Positions 1-7,372 of a stretch of DNA of 26,499 bases are shown here, in pieces. Position numbers and translations under genes: made by a program. The notes under the pieces are model-generated. The model worked only from the letters and a program-made list of their open reading frames with translations, was not told the DNA's origin and ran no database searches. Each line of letters opens with the position of its first letter. Within the stretch, counting starts at the first letter, position 1. This DNA comes from Gemmatimonadota bacterium. GTDB taxonomy: Bacteria > Gemmatimonadota > Gemmatimonadetes > Palauibacterales > KS3-K002. The stretch covers positions 1 through 26,499 of the forward strand of contig JBDHJS010000047.1 of assembly GCA_039586795.1 (NCBI GenBank), in the 5' to 3' direction.

Positions 1-1
1 G

Positions 2-307
2 GGGTACGCGCTCACGCTCCAGCCGTTGCCCGACGCCGACGTGAGCTACAGTCGGATCGTGATGCAGGTCCAGCACGATACCTGGGTCATCACGGGCATG
101 GAGCTGTTCGGTCGGGACGGGCGGCTCGTAAAGACCGTTGTGGCGTCGGATATAGAACGCGTGGACGGGTACTGGATCGCGCGCCGCATGGAGGTGACGA
201 CGGTCAAGGACGGGCACCGGACCGTACTCGACATAGAGGAACTGCAGTTCGACACGGGGCTAGACGATGGGTTCTTCAGCCAGCGCCAGCTTAAGCGTCC
301 GGCCTGA
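2..307 (+). CDS. Outer-membrane lipoprotein-sorting (LolA-like) protein, C-terminal part; 5' end outside the window
   Basis: The frame is open from nt 2. The sequence SYSRIVMQV...ELFGRDGRLVKT...IERVDGYWIARRMEV...HRTVL...FDTGLDDGFFSQRQL is the typical C-terminus of LolA-like sorting proteins. Confidence 0.8.
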   Translation, partial: GYALTLQPLPDADVSYSRIVMQVQHDTWVITGMELFGRDGRLVKTVVASDIERVDGYWIARRMEVTTVKDGHRTVLDIEELQFDTGLDDGFFSQRQLKRPA

Positions 308-1673
308 AACGCGTGGCGTCGCGCGCGCCGTCGGCTTCGTGGTCTTCATAGCAGCGGCGCTGCTCGCGGGCCCGGTACAGGCCCAGCAGGTACGCCTCGG
401 CGGATTCGTTCAGCTCGACCGCCGCCTCGCTCTGGGAGGGGACTCGGTGCGGCTCGCGGACTTCTACAACGTCTTCCGGCCCGAGCTCAGCGCCAGCTTC
501 GGCGGGCGGGTGGACCTTGTCGTAAGCCTCGACTTCCGGTTCTACGACTTCACAGCAGCACGATCAACTGATGATCTGAAAGACGCCGACCTCCACTTTC
601 CCAGCTCGTTCACCGTGTGGGAGGCTCAGGCGCGAATCTCGGGGTTTCTGTTCGACCCGCTCGACCTCACGATCGGCAAGCAGCGGGTGCGGTGGGGGAC
701 GGCCGATGGCCTCAACCCGACTGACCGCTTTAGCCCGTACGACCTGTCAGACCTGACCGACTTCACGGCGCGGATCCCGACTTGGGCAGTGCGGGCGGAG
801 TGCTATGTAACGGATGAGTGGCGGGTCGAGGGCGTATGGACCCCAACGGCGCACGGGCCGCTGCTGCCGCCGGGGGCGGACGGTGCGCTAGGGAAGGCGG
901 GAGGAAGAATGCCGTCGGGGTCCGTCCCGTCGTGGGAGGAGCACTTCGAGGCGCCGTCGCGGCGGCTGAGTAACAGCCAGTACGGGCTCAAGGCCGCCGG
1001 GCACGCTGCAGGTCTCGACGTCTCGCTGAGCTACTTCGATGGCTTCGACGGCATCCCCGCGGCCGAGCGAGTGCTCCTCGTCGGTAAGGATGGAGCCTCG
1101 GCGTCGCAGACGTTCGACGGACACGCGTGGACTGCGCTCCCCCGAATCCGCGTGCTTGGCGGCGACGTCGCTACGGAGTGGAGAGGCATCGGCCTTTGGG
1201 GGGAGGGAGCTGTCGTGTTCCCGGAGCGGATGGAGCTTGTCACCGACGTCGTGGCGAGTGGAGACAGCGTGCGGGATCGAGTGGTCGCGCCAGACCGCCG
1301 GCCGTACGCGACATGGACGCTGGGAGGGGACTACACGTTCCCCGGCGGCTGGTATCTCAATGTTCAGTGGGCGCATGGGCTGTTCCTTGAGCGTGGTGCG
1401 GACGAACTCCACGATTACCTCCTGGGAAAGCTCGAGCAGCGGCTTTTCCGCGAGACGGTTACTCTGACGCTCAAGGGAGCCCTCGAAGTGGCCCAGTGGT
1501 CGGCTCCATCGGATCACCTGGGGATAGGCGTGTTTCCGGAGGTCGTTTACGCACCCGTGGATAACGTCGACGTGTCACTCGGCGCCTTTCTCGCAGGCGG
1601 AGGCGGCACCACGTTGTTCGGGCGCTGGGACGACGCAGACCAAGTCTACCTCCGCGTCAAGGCCAGCTTTTGA
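267..1673 (+). CDS. Putative outer-membrane beta-barrel protein (DUF1302-like)
   Basis: Signal-peptide-like segment (VGFVVFIAAALLAGPVQA-Q), motif DLTIGKQRVRWGTADGLNPTD, and a C-terminal beta-signal YLRVKASF. Lies directly downstream of a LolA-like gene. Start codon uncertain (overlaps the upstream stop). Confidence 0.7.
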   Translation: MGSSASASLSVRPETRGVARAVGFVVFIAAALLAGPVQAQQVRLGGFVQLDRRLALGGDSVRLADFYNVFRPELSASFGGRVDLVVSLDFRFYDFTAARSTDDLKDADLHFPSSFTVWEAQARISGFLFDPLDLTIGKQRVRWGTADGLNPTDRFSPYDLSDLTDFTARIPTWAVRAECYVTDEWRVEGVWTPTAHGPLLPPGADGALGKAGGRMPSGSVPSWEEHFEAPSRRLSNSQYGLKAAGHAAGLDVSLSYFDGFDGIPAAERVLLVGKDGASASQTFDGHAWTALPRIRVLGGDVATEWRGIGLWGEGAVVFPERMELVTDVVASGDSVRDRVVAPDRRPYATWTLGGDYTFPGGWYLNVQWAHGLFLERGADELHDYLLGKLEQRLFRETVTLTLKGALEVAQWSAPSDHLGIGVFPEVVYAPVDNVDVSLGAFLAGGGGTTLFGRWDDADQVYLRVKASF

Positions 1674-1754
1674 CGGACTATCCTCTCGGGCCCTGCAGTA
1701 TCGCCGGGCGTTCTGCCCGAATCTCCCCGTAGAGGATGGTCTTCCATGGGTCGC

Positions 1755-1803
1755 GTAGTGACAGACGTAGTGCCGACACAGTCAGCGCTGGTGTCCAACA
1801 GTC
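1755..1803 (+). repeat. Junction element A, left arm (direct repeat of 25245-25293)
   Basis: 45/49 nt identical to 25245-25293. Contains tandem GTAGTGACAGAC/GTAGTGCCGAC units. Confidence 0.9.
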
Positions 1804-1855
1804 AGCGCAGAATCGTTGAAATCAGCCCACCAGCGCTGGTGAGCGCTGCTTTTCG

Positions 1856-1904
1856 GCTTTGGGAGCAGGAGGTCCCCGGTGGAGGCTCACACCGGGCGCC
1901 CCGA
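1856..1904 (+). other. 3' half of a tRNA-Pro(TGG)-like sequence with an altered T-loop (att-like remnant)
   Basis: Reads GC-TT-TGG-GA-GCAGG-AGGTC-CCCGG-[TGGAGGCTCACA]-CCGGG-CGCCCCG-A: anticodon loop TGG, 3' anticodon stem, variable loop, T-stem and 3' acceptor strand. No 5' acceptor strand (CGGGGCG) upstream. Confidence 0.75.
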
Positions 1905-2096
1905 TTTACTGAATCGATTGCCACCGCAATGGCTTACGGCAATTCCCTTTCTGGCTATCCCAGCGCTTTTTAGGGCCTGGATGTTTGATGTCAGACAGAT
2001 GCAACGGTCGTGGAGGTCGAGCTGTCTAATCTGAGCAAAGCTGGGCTAACCCGCTTACTAGCTGAATTCTTAGGGACCTTCGACAGGAGCTGAACC

Positions 2097-2927
2097 ATGC
2101 AGTTACGTGCGATCGTTGTTGCACTTGCTCTCTGGGCCTTTCCTCTTCCCGTGTTCTCTCAACAATCGCCTGCGGAGAGCCAGACTTCGGCTAACCGCCC
2201 CCAGGTGTTGGTACTCGGCGTCTACCATATGGCGAATGCGGGAAGCCACGTTGTCGATGTGGAAGTTGATGATGTCCTCGCGGCCAAACGCCAAGCTGAG
2301 ATTGCCGATGTGATAGCGGTCCTCAAGAGGTTCCAGCCAACTAAGATCGCCCTCGAAGCAGATTATCATGAAGGCGACGTCATTGCGAGTCGTTACAGCG
2401 ACTATCTGAATGGCGTGCGGCCGCTCACCCGGAACGAGAGGCAGCAGATTGGCTTCCGTCTCGCCAACGAGCTTGGACACATGACGGTGTATTCTGTGGA
2501 CGCCGATGGCGACTTCCCGTTCCAACGAGTGGAGGATTACGCCAGGACGCATGGGCGCACGGAGGAGTTCGATACGTTGATGGGTGAATTGAGAGACAGG
2601 GCGGAAGCGTGGAAAGAGTATCTTGCCTCCCACAGCGTGCTCGAAGCGCTGCTCTACATGAACTCCGATGGCTACGCAGAACAGAGCCTGGGTTTCGATT
2701 ACCAAATTGCGCACCTCGGCGAGCCATGGAATTGGGCCGGTCCCGATTTGGTTACTGACTGGTTCAGGCGCAATATTCGAATCTACAGCAACGTCCTACA
2801 ACTCATCGACTCTCCCAACGAGCGGGTGCTGGTCATCTTCGGCGCCGGACATCTCGGGTGGCTGCGGCACAACTTCGCTAGCGACCCCAACGTCCGTCTG
2901 CGCAATCTCGCCGAATTTGCGAGATAG
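2097..2927 (+). CDS. Secreted DUF5694-family protein
   Basis: RBS AGGAG, signal peptide, and motifs VLVLGVYHMAN, FQPTKIALE, NERQQIGFRLA, WFRRNIRI, LVIFGAGH. Confidence 0.8.
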   Translation: MQLRAIVVALALWAFPLPVFSQQSPAESQTSANRPQVLVLGVYHMANAGSHVVDVEVDDVLAAKRQAEIADVIAVLKRFQPTKIALEADYHEGDVIASRYSDYLNGVRPLTRNERQQIGFRLANELGHMTVYSVDADGDFPFQRVEDYARTHGRTEEFDTLMGELRDRAEAWKEYLASHSVLEALLYMNSDGYAEQSLGFDYQIAHLGEPWNWAGPDLVTDWFRRNIRIYSNVLQLIDSPNERVLVIFGAGHLGWLRHNFASDPNVRLRNLAEFAR

Positions 2928-2984
2928 CCGCAGCTCGAAAGAGTCGCAGTGCGTCTATCTCGCCCCGTCGCGGCGAGCTGGCGA

Positions 2985-3013
2985 CGGCACCGCAATCGAC
3001 TTTAGCGGTGCCG
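2985..3013. terminator. Hairpin between convergent ORFs
   Basis: CGGCACCGC-N11-GCGGTGCCG, a perfect 9-bp stem with no strong U-tract. Confidence 0.35.
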
Positions 3014-3072
3014 CTCGGCTTTCAGGCGCACCGCCAGGTGTCGACCGTCCACCGACTATTGTCGACTGGCTC

Positions 3073-3387
3073 TCAGAAGCCGATCGTCACAGCCAGGTTG
3101 AACACCGGGCGCGTAATGGTCGGGTTCTGTGGGAGCTCGGCGAGGTTGCCAGGGCCCATCGCCGACCCGGACTGCGAGTCGAACGGAATCTGGCTGCCAA
3201 GCTTGTGGAAGTAGAGCAGAAGATCACCGCGGATACCCACATCGATGCCATTAGGGATAGGGGCGTAGCTGCGAATCAACATCCGTTCGAACCCGCCCCC
3301 AAGGTGCCACGTGTTGGGCAGAAAGGACGACAAATCGGAGATGGTAGGTTGGCGGATCCATGGGCCGTTTGGGGTGTCGAGCAGCAC
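3073..3387 (-). pseudogene. Probable C-terminal fragment of an outer-membrane beta-barrel protein
   Basis: Alternating beta-strand pattern ending PVFNLAVTIGF. No signal peptide, and an in-frame stop lies 7 codons upstream. Confidence 0.4.
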
Positions 3388-3473
3388 GCTCGGGCTCGCT
3401 CGACATCAATCGGTTCACGTACGTGATCGAGATTGGGGCTGGAGTGTGGTGATAATCTCCCGCACACGCTGAC

Positions 3474-3773
3474 GTGAACGAGACTTTTGACCTCGTTTCC
3501 CACACCGACACCGGGGGAGAAGAGCTGTTCGCGAAAGGGGTCGGCAAAGCTGTGTCTCCACCTGTCATTGAATCGAGCACCGAGACGGTCTTTGACAGCT
3601 TCGACGATCTACGTAAAGAGATGATCGCCGAAGCGGGCAGGCTCGGGGGAGAAGCCCTGATCTTAGGGCAGGAGTCCACCGACTCTGAGTTCATCTTCAC
3701 GGGAATCGCCATGATCAAGTCCGACAGGAGAAGAATGACTGGCGAGGTCATTGTGTACAACCAGGGCGAGTGA
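3474..3773 (+). CDS. Small hypothetical protein or fragment with a YbjQ-like segment
   Basis: FDDLRKEMIAEAGRLGGEALIL...MTGEVIVY resembles the YbjQ/heavy-metal-binding fold. No clear RBS, so possibly a remnant. Confidence 0.4.
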   Translation: MNETFDLVSHTDTGGEELFAKGVGKAVSPPVIESSTETVFDSFDDLRKEMIAEAGRLGGEALILGQESTDSEFIFTGIAMIKSDRRRMTGEVIVYNQGE

Positions 3774-3905
3774 TTCTGGTTGGGCAGGCCACGAGAAAGA
3801 CGCCGGCTCAATCCCTTACAAACGTGCCTACACCGGCAGTCCTTTCCGCGTGGCTTGACGGCAGGGGAGCACTTTCACCTAAGTCTTATCCGGAAGAGCG
3901 TTCCC

Positions 3906-4754
3906 GTGAGAAGAGTCTTCAGTCTCCTCAGTCTTCTGGCGCTGGTGGTCTTGCCGACAGCGCCCTCCCCTAGCCCAGGTGGAGCGCCGCGAGGTGCGCA
4001 ACCTGGTGTTGGAGGACACTCCCGACATGTCGCGGGAGATCGTGCAGCGCATGCGCCAGTACACGAATTACCGTTCGGCGAGATTCACCGGCTGGGATCC
4101 TGACGGGCAGGGCCTGTACGTCGCGACCGGTTCGCAGATCCACTACGTGGAGCGACCTGGCGGCTAGCGGGAGCAGTTCACGTCCTTCAACGAGCCTGTG
4201 CGTGAAGTCGCTGTCCGACCCGCCGGTCAGCCGGCGGGATTCTTGTTCCTCAAGGAAGTAGGAGGGAGTGAGTTCTATCAGATCTTCTACTTCGACGTGG
4301 CGACCGGTGAACACAGCGTGCTCACTGACGGCCAGTACTGGAAAGGAGGCCATGTCTGGTCGCAGGGGGGTGACCGTTTCGTCTACTACAGCACAGCCCG
4401 CAACGGCCGCGACTGGGATATTTATGTGGCCGACGTGGAGGACCCTGGTGCCGCCCGCATGGTTCTGGAGGCCGAGGGTGTCTACTATCCGATGGAATGG
4501 TCGCCTGACGATTCCCGCTTGCTGGTGCGGCAACAGGTGTCGTGGACAGAGTCGTACCTGTACGTGGTTGACCTAAGTGGCGGTGAGGTCACCCAGCTGA
4601 ATCCCTCGGATGAGAAGATCGCTTACGGAAGAGATGCAGCCTGGTCCCGCGACGGCCTAGGCGTCTACTACACGTCCGATGAGAACAGCGAATTCCAGCG
4701 TCTCCGCTACTGCGATCTGGCCACTGGCCAGAGCACGGTTCTCACAGGAGACAC
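3906..4754 (+). pseudogene. S9-family (prolyl oligopeptidase-like) peptidase pseudogene, beta-propeller part only
   Basis: GTG at 3906 gives a signal peptide (VRRVFSLLSLLALVVLP). A frameshift near 3965-3975 leads into QVERREVRNLVLED...YTNYRSARFTGWDPDG. In-frame TAG at 4165-4167, then propeller repeats (GGSEFYQIF, WSPDDSRLL, WSRDG, TSDENSEFQRL). Similarity stops at LTGD (about 4752) and no catalytic domain follows. Confidence 0.85.
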
Positions 4755-4792
4755 CGCCCCGACTAGTAACCACGCGGTCTTTCGGCTAATCG
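4755..4792 (+). repeat. Junction element C: tRNA-Pro 3' core plus right flank
   Basis: CGCCCCGACTAGTAACCACGCGGTCTTTCGGCTAATCG is 32/38 identical to 25342-25379. All six mismatches are transitions. Confidence 0.85.
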
Positions 4793-4899
4793 ACGCCAAC
4801 TGTGGCTTATCGTGGGAGGTCGTTGACTGAGCAACGCCTCTACGTTGGTGACAAATCGCTTGTTGGTCGAACACGGCGCTCGCATATTGGTCCGGTACT

Positions 4900-7362
4900 A
4901 TGATGGGTGTCGGATGGTTGATCGCCCAGGTTCGCGCACTGACGCCGGCGCCATTGGCGGCGTGTTTATTGGCGTCGAGCGCCTTCAGCTGTCGGAGCGG
5001 GCCGCCGCCTCTCACCGCAGACCGTCCCCTTCATTTGGAAGAGCATCTCGATGTAGCCCATGTCGCGGCCACGACCCCTGGGCGGGTTCCGGCGGTTTTC
5101 GAGTGGCGTTTCGAGGGACCGCAATCGGGCTGGACGTCCGTAGCTCAGGCCGATCCTCGCATCGGTGCTCCCCAGTTGGAGCAAATCGGGAACGCGCTGC
5201 GCGTATCGCTGACCGAGGCCAATCGTGACCGCAGCAGCGGCCGCCTTCGTGGTGAGATACGGACGGAGCTTTCCGATTCGAAGCTCGAAGATTGGGGCTA
5301 CGTGCTCGTGCGGGCACGCAGTTCGGAGGCAGCGCGTGGGTTGGAGCTTGGGGTCGTTGTCCGCGGAGCAGCCGATCAGCGCGGTGATCCGCGAGGCGTA
5401 GTGCGTTCGGGTGGGGTAGCCGCTGTCATCGGCGACGGCACGATAAGGAGCCATATACTCCGGGTCGAGCCGTCGCGATCGGGCGTTGAAGACGAACAGA
5501 CGCAGATCGGACTGGTGTTGGCGGCCGACGAGCCGGCCAGCATAGAGCTTCTATCGGTGAGCATCCTCCAGATGGAGGCCGACTACGCCGACACGGCTGT
5601 GGGGGTTCGCAGCGAAGTCAGAAGCGGGGTGCACCGGCGCGCCGTCCACATCCACACGCCGGGTCGGCTGGAGTACCGGATCCGTGTGCCCGATGCAGGC
5701 CGGCTAGACATTGGTTTGGGAGTCCAGCGTGACAACGCGCCGGTGATATTCAGGATCGCCGCCGAGCGCGCAGACGGCGAGAGCGTGTCACTGTTCGAAG
5801 AGGTGTACTCCGACGCCGAGAACTGGGGCCAGAGGACCGTCGACCTGTCCAGCCTGGCCGGGGAGACTGTAATCTTCGCGCTCGAAGTCGAGGCGGAGAG
5901 CACGGGCACCGTGGCGTTGTGGGGCTCGCCGACGCTGAGCGGCCCACGCACGCCCGACAAGCCCAACGTGGTTCTCTATGTTATAGACGCAGCAGCCGCC
6001 GATTACATGAGCGTCTACGGCTACGACCGCGCTACGACGCCCAATCTCGAACGGCTGGCTGCGGAAGGCGCGATCTTCGAGCGCGCCTACAGCAACTCGA
6101 GTTGGACCAAGCCTTCCACCGCCTCGTTCATGACGTCGTTACATCACAGCGTACTGGGCGGCTACGAGTACAACTCCGATCCGGTGCCGGACGAGGCGGC
6201 CACGATTGCCGAGCTCTTGCATGTAGCCGGTTACCAGACGGGCGCCTTCGTATTCAACCCCTTCGCCGGTTCGCTCAGCGATCTGCAACGCGGAGTGGAC
6301 TTTCTTAACGAGGGCGGTGGCGCGTACGACAGGCCATCGGTAGCGCGGTTGCATGAGCGGTATTGGCGCTGGCGCGAGGCCTACCCCGGTGAGCCCTACT
6401 GGGTGCACTTCCAGATCGGCGACGTACATCCTCCCCATAATCCGGTGCCACCGTTTGCTGGACGCTTCGTGGATGCGGAGCGCCGACGGGATTTCTACGA
6501 GTGGCAGCGTCGGCTCGAGGACGCAGGCGGCCGCGGACGCTTCGAGCGCTTTTTTGCCAGCCGGAGTTTGACCTACGCCGACGTCTTCGAGCGGACGGGC
6601 ATCGATAGACTCGACTACTATGCCGTCCGCGGCGGGCTGTATGACGAAGGCATGGCCAGCGTCGACGAGCAGATCGGTCAGCTGGTCCAGCGTCTGAAGG
6701 AAATCGGCGAGTGGAGGCACACTCTGTTCATTGTGGCGGCCGACCACGGCACTCACAGTCAGCAGCGGCTGGGACAGCTAGATCCGCTGCCTCCGCCGTG
6801 GGGCCCGATGTTCAGAAGCTCGGTGGCCCGCATCCCGTTGATCGTGGTTTGGCCGGAGCGAATCGCACCGGGTCAGCGATTCGCGGACCCCGTGTCGATG
6901 ATCGACCTACTCCCGACCACCATCGACCTCACCGGCGTTACCGGACCCGACATCAGGCAGGGCCAGTCGTTGGCACCGTTGCTGCTGGGACAGGAGGGCT
7001 GGGAAGCGCGGCCCGTGATCCTCGACGAGTTCAACATCGACCGCGCGACGCGCGAGTTCCGGGGCGTGATCGAGCTCATCGATGGGCGATGGGGTGCCTC
7101 GTTGGAGATCAACCCCGACCCGTCGGCGCCGGCGGAGATCCAGCGACCGGCTCCGCTGTTGCTGTATGATCTCGTAAACGATCCGTATTGTCTGCAGAGC
7201 GTGCACGAAGAGCACCCCGATCTAATCGAGAAGTACGGCCGGTTACTTGAGGCCAAGTGGACCGAGCACCAGGCGCTCGGTCAGCGCTTCAGTCGCGCGC
7301 GCGCGTTGCCGATCGGCGCCGAGCAGCTGCGGATTCTGCGGGCGCTCGGCTATATTGAATGA
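4900..7362 (+). CDS. Sulfatase-like hydrolase/transferase (alkaline phosphatase superfamily) with a long N-terminal region; putative lipoprotein, paralog 1
   Basis: Motifs KPNVVLYVID, YGYDRATTPNLERLA, SNSSWTKPSTAS, DVHPP, VAADHG, VSMIDLLPT, LYDLVNDP and C-terminal LRALGY. Lipobox-like AFSC. Confidence 0.85.
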   Translation: MMGVGWLIAQVRALTPAPLAACLLASSAFSCRSGPPPLTADRPLHLEEHLDVAHVAATTPGRVPAVFEWRFEGPQSGWTSVAQADPRIGAPQLEQIGNALRVSLTEANRDRSSGRLRGEIRTELSDSKLEDWGYVLVRARSSEAARGLELGVVVRGAADQRGDPRGVVRSGGVAAVIGDGTIRSHILRVEPSRSGVEDEQTQIGLVLAADEPASIELLSVSILQMEADYADTAVGVRSEVRSGVHRRAVHIHTPGRLEYRIRVPDAGRLDIGLGVQRDNAPVIFRIAAERADGESVSLFEEVYSDAENWGQRTVDLSSLAGETVIFALEVEAESTGTVALWGSPTLSGPRTPDKPNVVLYVIDAAAADYMSVYGYDRATTPNLERLAAEGAIFERAYSNSSWTKPSTASFMTSLHHSVLGGYEYNSDPVPDEAATIAELLHVAGYQTGAFVFNPFAGSLSDLQRGVDFLNEGGGAYDRPSVARLHERYWRWREAYPGEPYWVHFQIGDVHPPHNPVPPFAGRFVDAERRRDFYEWQRRLEDAGGRGRFERFFASRSLTYADVFERTGIDRLDYYAVRGGLYDEGMASVDEQIGQLVQRLKEIGEWRHTLFIVAADHGTHSQQRLGQLDPLPPPWGPMFRSSVARIPLIVVWPERIAPGQRFADPVSMIDLLPTTIDLTGVTGPDIRQGQSLAPLLLGQEGWEARPVILDEFNIDRATREFRGVIELIDGRWGASLEINPDPSAPAEIQRPAPLLLYDLVNDPYCLQSVHEEHPDLIEKYGRLLEAKWTEHQALGQRFSRARALPIGAEQLRILRALGYIE

Positions 7363-7372
7363 GGTGAGATCC

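Noticed and set aside
1676..1741. Structured ncRNA from the GACTATCCTCT...AGAGGATGGTC inverted repeat
   Set aside because: A single imperfect stem after a stop codon with no recognisable RNA-family features. At most a terminator-like structure.
1755..1850. CRISPR array suggested by recurring CAGTCAGCGC/CAGCGCTGGT motifs
   Set aside because: The repeats are short and irregular, with no constant-length spacers and no cas genes.
1825..1910. Complete tRNA-Pro gene
   Set aside because: A D-arm-like palindrome (CAGCGCT-GGTG-AGCGCTG) is present, but there is no 5' acceptor strand, the 5' anticodon stem is broken and the T-loop is replaced.
2668..3426. 252-aa ORF and other long alternative-frame or antisense ORFs (e.g. 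16035-16889, 19377-20240, 20237-21004)
   Set aside because: They mostly overlap better-supported genes, have no motifs, and are expected shadows in GC-rich DNA.
4165..4167. TAG readthrough (pyrrolysine or recoding) in the S9 gene
   Set aside because: The same gene also has a frameshift and a truncation, and TAG ends several intact genes here, so simple decay explains it.
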